A stretch of DNA of 64,000 bases from positions 77,996,001 through 78,060,000 of the forward strand of contig OX597828.1 in assembly GCA_951406725.2 (NCBI GenBank). The letters run 5' to 3'. This document shows positions 16,448 through 30,500 of the stretch, in pieces; the stretch's first letter is position 1, and the number at the start of each line of letters is the position of its first letter. The position numbers and the translations under genes were made by a program. Source of the stretch: Octopus vulgaris (lineage: Eukaryota). Below the pieces are notes generated by a model. It saw nothing but the letters and a program-made list of their open reading frames with translations, was not told the origin of the DNA and made no database searches.

Positions 16448-19400
16448 ATATATATACACATGCACACACACACACACACACACACTGTGATAGGCAAACA
16501 TTTTTTTTTGTTTGTTTTGTTTTTGAATTTCAAAATGGGGTTTGAGATAAATATGGTTGAGAAATATTGCCATAGATATTCTCTCCCTGCAGCTAAATTT
16601 CAACTCGAGACTGTCTCACCAATATAGTTCAACACCTACATCTGGTCTTCGGTGCCTTTTGTGGGGTCATGGAGTCACTCTGCTGCAAGTATTTAAACCA
16701 GATCTTTGGTTTGAGATTATTTCCCTTGCCACCACTGGTTTCTGAGTTCCTGTAAAGGGTCATAAATTTTGGAAAGCTTGGAAAAACAAAAAAGTCAAGG
16801 AATCGGCCTTCTCACAGCTGTTGCATCATTATCGTCATCATAAATCAATGTCCATGTTCCATGCTGATATGAGTTGCATGGTTTGACAGAATTTGATGGG
16901 GGCCCCAAGGACTACATCATTGCTCCATTGGCTACTTTACTCTGCTTTCTGTGGCTGGCTGCCCTTTCCAAAGCTCAACGTTTTGCAGCATATACTGAAT
17001 GCTTTTGTAAGCCATCAACTTGCAAGACTACAAACCCCCAAGAGATGTGTCTTTATGCTAGGAGATGATGGGTTTTAAGTATGACTGAAGGGGCCAGAGC
17101 AGAACAGGTTTCTTGCTGCATGGTTACTCACATTATGGCCTGTGGCCCATGGCCTGCACAGCTTACTGAATGGCTTGCCTGATGAAAAATTAACTTTGAT
17201 TTCTTTTTCTTTTTTTAATTTTTAGTAGCGTGTGCCCCCACATGATGATGATCCATGTCTCGTGACCTACTTCTCAAAATAGGTTGCCAGAGCCTGTTTT
17301 GTCAGTGATTGTCCTATCCTCTCCATTGTTTTCTCTTGGTCTGTCTCCTTACGGATTCATTTCTTCCTAGTATGCTGAATATCACACTTTCATTTTCTCA
17401 TCAATCAAATTAATATCATCCATCATTTTCATTCATGTGATTTTTTTCTTATTGATTTTTCCCATTCAATAGTTTTTGTTTTTGTTTTTTCATCTCTTCC
17501 CAGTACCTTTTTCTATTATTTTCTGAAATTATTCTTGTTTATCAGCCACTCACATTTGTTGTAGGGTTCCTCACATTTGTTTGTTTGGAATAATTTTACA
17601 GTTAGATACTTCTTTTATTAACGGTGCCAGCTCAACCATAGAATTTCACTGGTGTATGAAAGATTCATCTCTTTCTGTATTCTTCATTCTTCTCCCTCTA
17701 TTTCCTCTTTCTCCCCTTTTCTTCAACTTTTGTCCTTTCTCTTCTGACTCCTCCTCTTTAACCCTCCAGCATTCAAATTACTCTGTCAAACATAACACTT
17801 ATTTATTCATAGTGTTTTAAATTAATCATACATTCTCACATAGCTTCAAAATTTCAGTGATGAGACTGTTTATTTTTAGAATGACATTGCAGGGTAGGTG
17901 TGACAGACTGGATCTGGCTACTTTGAACATAAAACAGAATATTTTGATTGAATATGTCTGGTATAAGTGCTTCAAAGAGCTAAGCCTCTGACTGCCCTGA
18001 CCAAGTCATTTCTTCATCAGCTAACCATGTTTGTCCAGGAAGTGGGCCATTCAGTTGAGTATTTTTACCCTTCTCTTGGATTCAGTATGGTGAACGCACA
18101 TAACCTAGGGGTTAGATTGTCACATTCACAATCACAAGAACACAGATGTAAATGAGTAACCCTGTGATGAACTGGCATCCCATTCAGGAGGACTTTTGTG
18201 ATCTTGGCCCCTTATAGGTCATGGAAACTAGGGAACTGACTCCATGAGTCTTACGGCTGAAGACCAGTAATAGAAAAAGAGTCCTTGGGTTCAGTGACAT
18301 TTGTTGTTTAACCCTGGAGTCAGTCCTGATTGAAAGTGTCCTAGCTGTGGGCACCAAATCTTTTTTTATATACCTAGAACTACACTGTTGTTCTTCTAAG
18401 ACAATAGGGCAGAATTTGAAAGAATTTAGCTGCTATGTTTTGGATCTTGATCATCCACGTAGAGGCTCCTTCCATTTACATTAGTATAATTAAGTAGTTT
18501 CTGAGTTCATGTTGATTGTATAAGTGTAACAGCAGCAGCAGCAGTTAATATCTGTGACTAAATGTGTGTCATGTGGGGGTGGGGCTGGTGGTGGTGGTGT
18601 TGATAATGATGATGTCTTCTGAGGTTTCAAATATTGACTTTGGTCCTCAGTAGGGGGAGAGAGAGAGAACTGTAGACTAAATGACAGAAATCAATAGTCA
18701 CAACAGCTTGTACTACTACTACTGCTGCTACTGTTGCTGCTACTACTACTACTACTACTACTACTACTGCTGCTGCTACTATACTACCCAGTTCCTCTAA
18801 CTGTCAATAAGTATCATGTGGAGGTATACCATCCCACACAACTTTCTACAAGGCCATTACGAGAAAAGAGCAAACATGATTTCAACTTAGCATCAGGCCA
18901 AAATATTCTACCTACCTGTTTTGTTTTCAAACCAGCCAGATCCAGCCTCTCACACTTACCCTGCAATGCCATTCTAAAAATAAACAACCGCGTCATTCCC
19001 ATCACAAAGCTACAAGATAATGCAGGATCATTTTAAGTAAGTATTACATCTGACAGCATAATCTGGATGTTAAGGGGTTAATTAAAGGGTTAATCATAGC
19101 TCTGGCCTTAATTAGGTTTAAGCATCATCATCATCATCGCCGTCAGCAGTAATTTTGCTTCTCATGTCTTTTACACATAAGAAAAGACTGTTCTTAGTAA
19201 TATCTTTTATCTCTTACTTGTTTCAGTCATTTGACTGTGGCCATGTTGGGACACCACCAAACAAATCAACTGCAGGGTTTATTATCATTTTTTTTTAAAG
19301 CCTGGTACTTATTCTGTAGGTCTCTTTTACCAAAATGCTAAGTAACAGGGGACATAAACACACCAACACTGGTTGTCAAGTGGTGGTAGATGACAAACAT

Positions 19401-19463
19401 AGACACACACACACACACATACATATGACAGGCTTTGTTCAGTTTCTGTCTAGCAAATCTACT

Positions 19464-19740
19464 TGGATTCAGATGAAACTTTCAGAGATATTTGACCTCA
19501 TGACTGGCACAAACTGATTAGATCTTGTGATTGATCCAGTACTGGACAAGGATTCTGGATTATTTTTCCTGTTCTTTTACTCAATTGTTGAGAGCAGTCA
19601 AGTTCATTTTTAGCATTCTCGTTTGTGAGAGTAGTTGAGTTTATTTCAGATATTCTCATTTTAAAAATCATCTCCCGCTAATTGTTAGGAGGACGTTGGT
19701 GTTGCCTAGGTGGAGGTTTGCACTCTCTGAGTGCTCCTGT
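19464..19740 (-). mobile_element. Second, partial copy of the Helentron-like element
   Basis: Reverse complement of 10820-11095; both give MLGGRWCC pseudo-ORFs. Confidence 0.7.
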
Positions 19741-21214
19741 TTTTCTTCTTTTGGGTGAAGGCTACAAAGTCCCTCAACTTATTACAGTAGTTTCTGTGTC
19801 TGTAATATTTGTGCCTTGCTGGATTTTTTTTTTTTTTCAAAAATACTTGCTAATCTTAGCTGTTTTTAATGAGACTTCCATTCTTAAGTTGACTAATTTG
19901 TAAAAATGACTGACAGAGCAGGCAGAAGTCTTATTTGTTTACCACTGTTAACCAGATAAGAAATATTGATTTGAAATTTTGGCACAAGGCCATCGGTTTT
20001 GGGGGTAGGGGGTAAATTGATTTTGCCAACCCCAGTACTCAGTTGGTATTTATTTTATCAAACCTGAAAGGATGAAACGTATAGTTGACTTCATTGGAAT
20101 TTGAACTCAGAATGTGACAGATGAAATGCCGATAAGCATTTTGCCCAGCATGCTAACGATTCTGCCAGCTCACTGCCGTAACTAGATAATATACATCATC
20201 ATCATTAAATTCATTATCATTGTTATTGTCATTATTGTATCTAGGCACAGGCGTGGCTCTGTGGTAAGAAGCTTGTTTCTTGACCACAGAGTTCTGGGTT
20301 CAGTTCCGTTGCATGACACCTTAGGCGAGTGTCTTCTACTATAGGCTTGGGGTGTCTAAAGCTTTGTGAGTGGAGACAGAAACAGAAAGAAGCCTGTTGT
20401 GTATCATCATCATCATCATCATCGTTTAACGTCCGTTCTCCATGCTAGCATGGGTTGGACGGTTTGACCGGGGATCTGGGAAGCCAGAAGGCTGCACCAG
20501 GCTCCGGTCTTATCTGGCAATGTTTCTACAGCTGGATGCCCTTCCTAACGCTAACCACTCCGTGAGTGTAGTGGGTGCTTTTTATGTGCCACCTGTATAT
20601 ATATACATATACGCACACACACACACACACACATGTATCCTTATATATTTATTTATTTATATATATATGTGTGTGCATATATATTTATATCTTTATATCT
20701 GTGTTTGTCTCCCCCACCTAGCAGTTCAGCAAAAGAGACCGATTGAATAAGTACTAAATTTACAAAGAATAAAGTTCTGAGGTTGATTTTTTTTCGGCTA
20801 AAAACAACCATTTAACCTGCTGCTCCAGCACGGCCGCAGTCAAATGACTGAAACAAGTGAAAGAATAAAAGAACACCACAAACCATGTCCGTATAATTGG
20901 CAACCATCAGCCATGGGGTTGTTCCACCCATTCTCGCCACTTGCTAATCTCTAACGATTCTACGTATTCATTTCTGTTCACAAAATATAAGCTTAGTTTT
21001 GAAAGCAAGACCGTAAAGTTGATTCAATTAACTTGGATGGTCAACACCGCAGCATCGTTATTGCAATTCATTTCAAAGTCAGCCCAGATCAAGTGGATCA
21101 ATGGTCATAACTCTCCCCCTCTCCAGCCATGATCATCCTGTTTTTTTTCTTTTTCTTTTTTTTTTCATCCAGAAACAAAATATCCAGTGCATCATTTTCT
21201 ATTTCCAAAATGGG

Positions 21215-21640
21215 TCTCAGGGAGTAGCATCCCTGCCTTCCTGAGCTAGTTTTCCACCAGATTCCCTAACACATCGTGGTAGGGGCCTTGGTCTCGGGAC
21301 CACTCATGTCTAGAAACTGAGGTTGGGGGTAAGCAAGAGCATGTTCCCCGTAGAAAAATCCAGCTATGATAAGGCCTCATGATAATAGCAAAGGAGAATG
21401 GGCACCAGCCAGCTCAAAGGTTGGGGTGGGCTGCACCTGCCTACCTGGAAAAGTAAGGTGCAAACCTTCATCCTGGGTTGTGCAAGCATGAGATGTTTTA
21501 TGATGGCCCGCAGCCTGAGGAGAGGAGGAGATTGGAAGGGTTGGCTTGAGAAGAGAGGACGCCCAAAACCAGACAAGATGGTGTGAGGTAGATCCGGCCA
21601 CCCTTGTTAACAGGGACAAAACCCAGATTCAAAATGATGG
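21215..21640 (+). mobile_element. Probable RTE-derived non-autonomous element (5' and 3' ends joined)
   Basis: Shares blocks with 37660-37875 (-) and ends in a GAT repeat. The RTE origin is an inference. Confidence 0.5.
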
Positions 21641-22465
21641 GTTTTATAAATGTACCAAATTTAATTCAAAGGAGATTTAGCTGTTATTTCAGTCAGTTGA
21701 ATGATCACAAATTGAATCCTAACCCTTCCCCTAACCCTAAAATACCAGAAATTTATAATTATTGGGGTTTTACTCAATGTGACAACTGGAAATAACTTTG
21801 GAATTTGAACTTAAGAATCCTCTTTTATCTTTTACTTGTTTCAGTCATTATATTCTGACCATGCTGGAGCACCACCTTGTAGTATTTTTAGATGAATGAA
21901 TCGACCCCCCACCAGTATTTATTAATTCTTATTCTATTGGGGTCTTTTGCTGAACTGTTAGTGGTGGGCACACACACACACACACATGACTGGCTTCTTT
22001 CAGTTTCCGCCTACCAAATCCACTCACCAAAGCTTTGGTCAGCCAAAGGCTAATAATAGGAGACGCTTGCCCAAGGTGCCATGCAGTTGGACTGAACCCA
22101 TGTGTTTGGGAAGCAGACTTCTTACCACCTAACCATAAAAGGTCACTTAATAACTCCTTTACTCTCTCAACAACCTCCTTTTTATCAGTTTCTTTTTCTC
22201 TATTTCAATAACCCCCTTCTTATAGTGTCTCAACAATTCCTTTGTTAGTAATTTTTACTGTCATAGTAACTCCCTATTATTTGTTTTATTGTTTCAATAA
22301 CCCATTTCCTGCTTAATTGATTATAAATATTGAATTCCTTAGGTTAACCCCAGGGCAAGTTGAAAGTGCATGGTTGATTGAACCAACCATAGCATATTAC
22401 GAGTTCTTATTTTGAACTGATCAAGGAACCTTTATTAATTTATTAAAAACAATATCAGATCTCTC

Positions 22466-22694
22466 TTAACCCTTTCGTTACTGTATTTATTTCGAGATGC
22501 TCTGTGTTTCTCTCAATTATTTTAAATATAACAAAGAATGTAGTAAAATAACTTAGTTATCATTCAGCTAGTGTTAAGAGCATAAATTGCAACTAAGGTT
22601 TGGTGGAAGATTTTAATTCAAAACTTATGAAAACAAGACATTTGTATTACAGAACCAGAGCTAGTTTCAGCTGGGTTGGTAATGAAAGGGTTAA
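22466..22694 (+). mobile_element. piggyBac-type MITE family A, complete
   Basis: TTAA-CCCTTTCGTTAC...GTAATGAAAGGG-TTAA (TIRs plus TTAA target duplication). Confidence 0.88.
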
Positions 22695-24169
22695 ATGACA
22701 AGCTGCCATCCTTAACAGTGCAGTGTTCACATTTATTCTGTTGAATGTAATGCTTATTTATTCACATTGGTTTGAATTAATCATGTATTCTCTTGTAGCT
22801 TTGAGGCTTTGATGACATGATTGTTTATTTTTAGAATGATGTAATAGGGTCAGTGTAAGAGGTTAGTTCTGGATGGTTTGAAACTAAAACAGAATTTTGG
22901 GGCCCGGTTTAAATGCTAAAGAGTTAAATAAAGAAAACAGTATGAGCTAATGTTTTTAGATATTTCTACAAAGAAAGAATGGTTAAGACTGAATTATTTT
23001 TGATCTTAGAGTTGCTCAGTCAAGGTTGACCCAGGGCTAAATAACCTACCTTTACAAACTAGATGGGTTTTTACTCAGCTCTACACTTCCTGCCAAACCA
23101 TTACTCAAACTTTGAAGGATGTTGCTGTGCATCACACAGACTACAAGCATTCCTACCTCCCAAACTGCAACAATCCTTTTGGTTCCTTACCAAAGGAATC
23201 TCTGCCAATTTTATGGAATCCTCTTTTTCTCCACTTCTCAACCATAACTGTTCTGTTAGCAGTTATTCCATGGAAAAAAACAAAAAAATAGAATCCTACC
23301 CTATTTGCTGTCAGCTTATCCTCCATCTCTACACCAGTTGAATCTAGTTGAATCTCTTCCAAAATTGTTCCTTTCCACTCTATTGAGTTCTCTCTAATAT
23401 AGTCCTATGTGTGCCATACTATTGCTGGTATAGTCCTGTCTACTATACTATGTCTATGTAGTACTGTATATTGGTTTTAAATAGAATACAAATTGCCATG
23501 ATTAGATTGTCTTTGATCTGTCTGAGTTGAACTAAACAACAATGTTTATTAAGGCTTTGTGGTAAGAAGCTTGCTTCCCAACCACATGGTTCTGGGTTCC
23601 ACTGCTTAGTACCTTGGACAAGTGTCTTTGACTATAACCTTGGACCAACTAAGGCCTTGGTGAGTGGATTTGGTAGATGGAAACTGAAGAAGCCTGTTAT
23701 GTATATTTGATGGAATCTCCTGTCAAAAATGACGTATGAGTGTTCAGCGAGAAGACAAAAAAAGAACAATTTTAAACAAATAGACAATCAAAAACACACT
23801 GTGTGAGTGTGTGTGTGTGTTCATGTGTGTGCACCTGTGTTTTTCCTTTACCACTGTTTGACAACTGGTATTGGTGTGTTTATGTTCCCCTAACTTAACA
23901 GTTCAGTAAAAAAGACTGATAGAATTAGTACCAGGCTTAAAAAGAATAAAAAAAAGGTATTGGGGTCAGTTCATTCGACTAGTAATTCTTCTAGGTGGTG
24001 CCCCAGCATGGCTGCAGTCTAATGACTGAAGCAAGTAAAAGCAGGAAGACATACCCTATGATATTTAGTTCTGTCTTTGAGTTCAGAACTGGGTTTTGGA
24101 GGTCAGCTATGCTGTTTAGGAGACCTTCTTCCGTTTAAGTTTACAAACGAAATACTTGTTATATATTCT

Positions 24170-24556
24170 TTTCTACTCTAGGTGCAAGGCCTGAAATTTT
24201 TGGGGAAGGGGTGCCAGTCAATTAGATCAACCCCAATACACAACTGGTACTTAAATTATTGACCCTGAAAGGATGAAAGGCAAATTCGACCTTGGCAGAA
24301 TTTGAACTCAGAATGTAGCAGCAGACGAAATACTTAATTCTTTACTACCCACAAAGGGCTAAACACAGAGAGGACAGACAAACGGATTAAGTCGATTATA
24401 TCAACCCCAGTGCGTAACTGGTACTTAATTTATCAACCCCGAAAGGATGAAAGGCAAAGTCGACCTCGACGGAATTTGAACTCAGAACGTAGCGACAGAC
24501 GAAATACTGCTAAGCATTTCGCCCGGCGTGCTAACATTTCTGCCAACTTGCTGCCT
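24170..24556 (-). mobile_element. tRNA-derived SINE family B, dimeric form
   Basis: GAGTTCAAATTCC B box and CTTTGCCTTTCATCCTTTCGGGG-ATAAGTACCAG core, present twice. Other copies at ~19975-20180, 25605-25810, 32710-33010, 42375-42960 and 52000-52195. Confidence 0.82.
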
Positions 24557-25019
24557 TATACTTGTTATTGCTGAGGTTGGTGTGACCGCCTGTCCCCCCC
24601 CCCCCTTCCCGGGTCTTTACTTCATCACTACAAAATAAACATGTAAATATAGAATTGAAGTTTGTATTGGCCAGTAACTGGGACAATGACCAAACCCATT
24701 CCATTGATTTTCTGATCAATACAGAAGTCTTATTTCTTGTTTTTATTTTTATTTTTAATTTTTATCTATATCATAAAGTACAATGCAGCTTTGTGATAAT
24801 GGTAATTTGAACGTATTAGCAACACACACATATGTATGTGTATATATATGTGTGTGTGTATGTGCCCCAGCAATATCACAGCTTTGGGCAAGAACACAAA
24901 GAGATATGTATGTATACACACACACACACATACACTTAGAGGAAAGAGAAAGAGAGACAAATATACGTAACATAATAATTTATACATGTGTGTGTATATG
25001 TATACACACACACACACAC

Positions 25020-25396
25020 CATATTGTGTTCCTGCCTACATCTTTTCTACATAACAAGCAGGACCATTTACCTGAAGTGGGTAGAAACTTGACTGTTTTT
25101 TTGCTTACTCGAACTTTAGTCTTTGCTAAGCTAACTTTAAGGCTCTTTGTTTGCTTCCACACTTGGAATTTCTTTTCCAATTCTGTTATGAGAGTGAGAT
25201 CATCAGTATAAAGTCGTTCCGAGGCGCAGCTAATCTTTAATTCCTCTCTTACGGCCTGGAAGGCAATGATGAATAGGAGGGGACTGAGTATCAAACCTAG
25301 GTGAACTCCTACCTGTATACTCAAATCATTGCTGAACTCATGGCTAACTCTTACCTTACTGACTGCACCCTTGTACATGGCCTCTACAGCTTTCAC
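25020..25396 (-). pseudogene. RTE-clade LINE reverse transcriptase fragment
   Basis: VGVHLGLILSPLLFII (cf. GVHQGSVLSPLLF) and LYTDDL (cf. LYADDL). Confidence 0.85.
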
Positions 25397-26104
25397 ATGC
25401 TGTTTGTCTACTCGGTGATGATGGTGGTGGTGGTGCGTGTGTGTGTGGTGGAGGTGGTGGTTGTGTTGTGCATGAGTTTACTGAATTTCATTATTGTAGG
25501 TTGGGCTATTAATTACATACATTTTGAATAATGACTACTATTGGTAACTAATTACACTTGAAACAACTTATTATTATTTTTAATATTATTGTTATTATAA
25601 TTAAGGCGACAAGCTGGCAGAATCGTTAACACAATGAGCAAAATGCACAGGGGCATTTTGTTCGTCCTTACATACTGAGAACAAATTCCACCAAGGTCAA
25701 CTTTGCTTTTCATCCTTTCTGAGTGACTAAGTACCAGTCAAATACTGGGGGATCATGTAAGCAACTTATCCCACTCCCAACATTGCTGGCTTTGTGCCAA
25801 AATTTGAAACCATTGTTGTTGCTATTATTTTTATCATTATTATTATTTTCATTTTTTTGCTATCTGTGCCTGCTTGGGATGATGATGATAACATCCATTC
25901 ATGACTACAGTTTCTCTGGTCTTGCTTGGACTGGCCTTTTACACATAAAGATCAGATGGATTCAGCCGTCCAGCTATCTTCTTCACCCACTATTTCTGGA
26001 GGATGGGGTCATTGTGGAAGAGTTCTGAGACACCTCTTTCATAGGATTCTGTCCATAGCAACCATTCTTCATTAGACATTCCGGCTGGATTTCTAAGTGT
26101 GACC

Positions 26105-26966
26105 GACTTTTGAGATCATGGATATTATCTAACCATCCAGCTTGCTGAAAAAATAATTATGGATTTGTTTATATATCAATCAAGAGCCGATAAGGGAACA
26201 TCTACATGTTTGCAGTTGTTGAGCATAAGTGTTAGTGTTCATGACGTGACCATCTGGGACAAGCTCAAAGTGCAACAGCCCTCTTTGACAAGTCCTGAAG
26301 CCAGGCTCAAAAAGGAAGCCACTGATTTCTTTTATTCGGATTATGAAAATAGATCTATTTTTCGTCCCCAGTTGCAATTCTACACCAAAAAGAGGCATCT
26401 CATGCATTTGCCAGGAGTTGTTTGAAAATGTCACACGCTGTTAAGCCTGGTCATTGGTTAAGTTCCTGAGGAGCTTCTCGACAGCATCTGTTCTCAAGGA
26501 TGAGCTTAAGGTGGTGTCAATTGATGGTGCTTTGTGAAAGATTAAGTTCTGCCGACAATGTATGAATGCTTGGCTGTTGTTCAACCATTTCAAGCTAAGC
26601 CTCGTCTTCCACAACAGAAGGCCTCCCTGACCTTGGTTTAGCTTTGAGGTTTGTGTCACCTTCCTTGAAACATCTGAACCAGTTTTGTGCCACACATTCG
26701 TTGACAGTTCCTAGGTCTTCTATGTCATTAATTTCTCTTGCACTCAATCTTTTTTTTTTTTTCCACAGGTAAATTAAGTTGGCTCTAATTGCAATATTTT
26801 CACCACTCATTATCAAAACTTTGAAATAAAAAATATTATTTTATATGAAAATAAAGAACTAACAATTTAGCAATGATTGATCAACAAGTTGTGTGAAATT
26901 AATGGAGATACAAGTTGCCAAAAATCATCAGTGAAAATCCCAGAAGACTTTTGACTCAACTTAGTA
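26105..26966 (-). mobile_element. Degraded mariner transposon
   Basis: GTVNECVAQNWFRCFKEGDTNLKAKPRSGRPSVV (HTH region) and GLLHFELVPDGHVMNTNTYAQQL, with frameshifts. TIR-like TACTAAGTTGAGTCAAAAG at the right end. Confidence 0.85.
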
Positions 26967-27377
26967 TATATACATATATCATCATCATCATCATCACCAT
27001 TTAATGTCTGCTTTCCATGCTGGCATGGGTTGGATGGTTTGACTGAGGACAGGTGTGCCAGAAGGCTGTACCAGTCTCCAATCTGATCTGGCAAGGTTTC
27101 TACAACTGGATGCCCTCCCTAATGCCAACGACTCCAAGAGTGTAGTGAGTGCCTTTTACATGCCACCGGCACGAGGGCCAATCAGGTGGTACAGGCATCA
27201 GCCAAGCATGATTGGAGCTGTTTACATGCCACCAGTATGGGAGCCAATCAGGCGGCACCAATAACGACCACGCTCAAATGGTGCTTTTTACATGCCACCG
27301 GCACAGGAACCAGTACATATGTATAGGTGTATGGATATATTTATCTTTATCCATCTATCTCCCCCAATCTCTCTCTC

Positions 27378-27411
<34 letters not shown>

Positions 27412-27799
27412 AGCAGGGTGGGAGGGAGAACCTTAGGAAGTTGTATGAAACTGGACTAAAATTTATTAACAATAAATAAATGAGACTAGACAGCTTGGTT
27501 TAACGGAATAGAATATATTGATCAATGTCAAACATGGAAAGCAGCAGACATTCAAACTAATGACTACAAGTTTAGAACCCAGCAGATATCACTTTGCTCT
27601 GTCTGTATGTATATGCGTGCATGTGTGTGTGTGTATAAAAATATAGAGTCAATAATAATAAGCCGAGAGAAATTGGTGCAGTACATTGATAGAAGCTAAA
27701 GCATTTTGAAAAGAGTTATATTGTTAATTGTAAACATATGACTCAGAATGTGTGTTCGTTGAGAGAAGCAGTAACTCATCTCTCTCTTGCTCTATGTGT

Positions 27800-27885
<86 letters not shown>

Positions 27886-28339
27886 GGTTGGTGTTGAAGC
27901 AGCTAATTTTCAAATAGCAGAATGCCCACAAATTTGGGTGTTTGTGTGGATGTATGGTGGCACCCTACTTGACCCACTCCCCACCAATCTCATGAAAAAC
28001 GAGATTTACAAGAAATTAATGATGGCAAGGATAGTGAGAAAAGAATTTTGGGGGGATTTTGGGTAAATGGTACACATGTATGAGTTGAGTGCGTACTTGT
28101 ATCTCCTTGCTGGGCGCAGCTATGTAGCAAGAAATTTGCTTCCTAGCTACACACTTCTGGGATCAGTCCCATTGCATGGCACCTTGGGCAAGTCTTCCAT
28201 TATAGCTTCACACTGACCAAGGCCTTGTGAGTGGATCTGGTGGGCTGAAACTAAGAAACATATGTGTGTACGTACCCAAAGGTAAAATAATCACCATGTA
28301 GAAGTGGAAGTTACATTATATCATAGAAAAAATATTTAT

Positions 28340-29325
28340 AGGCGCAGGCATGGCTGTGTAGTAAAAATCTTGCTTTCCAACCACATGGTTCCATGTTCAG
28401 TCTCTCTCTGTGTGGCACCTTGGGCAAGTGTCTCCTACTATAGCCTTAGACTGAGCGAAGTCTTGTGAGTGGATTTGGTAGATGGAAACTGAATGAAGCC
28501 CATATATATATATATTCTTTTCTTTCTTTTACTTGTTTCAGTCATTTGACTGCGGCCATGCTGGAGCACCGCCTTTAGTCGAGCAAATCGACCCCGGGAC
28601 TTAATCTTTGTAAGCCCAGTACTTATTCTATCGGTCTCTTTTGCCGAACCGCTAGGTGACGGGGGGACGTAAACACACCAGCATCGGTTGTCAAGCAATG
28701 CAAAGGGGACAAACACAGACATAGAAACATGCACACACACACACACATATATATATATATACATATATACGACAGGCTTCTTTCAGTTTCCGTCTACCAA
28801 ATCCACCCACAAGGCATTGGTCGGCCCAGGGCTATAGCAGAAAACACTTGACCAAGATGCCACGCAAATATATATTTGTGCGTGTGTCTGTGCATGTATG
28901 TGCCTTCGTGTCCGTTTCTCCTCCCACTGTTGCTTGACAACCAACCTATGTTGGTGTGTTTACGTCCCTGTAATTTAGCAATTGCTTTGACTAAAAAAAA
29001 CACTTCAAGGTGGTGCCTCAGCAAGGCCACAGTCAAAATGACTAAAGCAAGTAAAAGAATAAAACAGAAATATATACAAATAAATATATGGAAATATATA
29101 TATATATATATATTCTTTTATTCTTTTCAGTCATTTGACTGCGGCCATGCAGGAGCACCTCCTTTAGCTGAGCAAATCGACCCCAGGACTTATTCTTTGT
29201 AAACCTAGTACTTATTCTATCGGTCTCTCTTGCCGAACCACTAAGTTAAGGGGGCATAAACACACCAGCATTGGTTGTCAAGTGATGTTGGGCAGGGACA
29301 AACACAGACACACAAACATATACAA

Positions 29326-29391
<66 letters not shown>

Positions 29392-29550
29392 GACGGGCTT
29401 CTTTCAGTTTCCGTCTACCCAATGAATCCACTCACAAGGCCTTGATCAGCCTGAGGCTATAGCAGAAGACACTTGCCCAAAGTGCCACGCAGTGGGACTG
29501 AACCCAGAACCATGTGGTTGGTAAGCAAGCTACTTACCACACAGCCTGTA
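28340..29550. mobile_element. Cluster of family-A SINEs in both orientations
   Basis: + head 28340-28500, - copy 28525-28865, + tail 28880-29065, full - copy 29120-29548. Confidence 0.85.
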
Positions 29551-29607
29551 TTCGAGGGTGGAGTATGACCTAATACAAAGAGAACAGCAATAATAATAAG
29601 AGGACAT

Positions 29608-29838
29608 GGCCCATTGACTTGGTCCTCCTTTATTTCCATTGTTACATATGTTTCAGTATTCAGCAATGCATGACGTCACACTATAAATGCAACCAATAGG
29701 GTAAGCACAGTGAGCAAACGCATAACTGTCTGACGATGTGTTTACTTACTATGCCGGCATCTCTAGTATGATGTTCTGTGTTGCTGAGTACAGAAACATG
29801 CGTAACAGTTGAAATAAAAAGAGTACCAACTAAGTGCC
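29608..29838. mobile_element. MITE-like element with imperfect ~40-60-bp TIRs
   Basis: CTTTATTTCCATTGTTACATATGTTTCAGTATTCAGCAA versus TTGCTGAGTACAGAAACATGCGTAACAGTTGAAATAAAAAG. Confidence 0.6.
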
Positions 29839-29898
29839 AATGATATAGTTTCTTTTATGCTTTTATTTGTTTCAGTCATTTGACTGTGATCATGCTGA

Positions 29899-29947
<49 letters not shown>

Positions 29948-29956
29948 ATTATATTT

Positions 29957-30500
29957 GAGGAAAAATGAAAATTAAGGCAGAATGAGTATCTCAAGTCATT
30001 TAAAATAATTTAATTAGGTAAGGTGAATTTGAAGTCTTACAGCTGTTTCTGGGATAACCCAAGTTGTAGGTTAGCATCTCCACGCACTGGGTAGTCCGTC
30101 ATTAGAGACAAGGTGTGAATATTTTAGACAGGGAGAATTTAGAGTTAAGAAGGAATAAAATCCACATCCTTATATGCTGTGAGTTTTATTCCTTCTAAAC
30201 TCTAAATTTTCCCTGTCTAAAATATTCACACCTTGTCTCTGATAACAGAATTCCCAGTGCATGGACATGCTAACCAACCACTTGGGTTATCCCAGAAACA
30301 GTTGTAAGACTTCAAATTCACCTTACCCTAATTAAATTATTTTAAATGACTTGAGATACTTGTTCTGCCTTGGTTTTGATTTTTCCTCTGTGATATATAC
30401 ATGCTAAAATGGAACCCTAACATGGATTTTGGGATCTAATGGTCGACCAACTATATCACTTACCCAGAGTACCTGTTGATTTAGATCACAAGTGAGTTAA
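29957..30500. mobile_element. Fold-back element with a hammerhead-like motif in each arm
   Basis: ~210-bp imperfect arms 29957-30166/30178-30388; motifs at 30034-30109 (-) and 30235-30310 (+). Confidence 0.75.
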
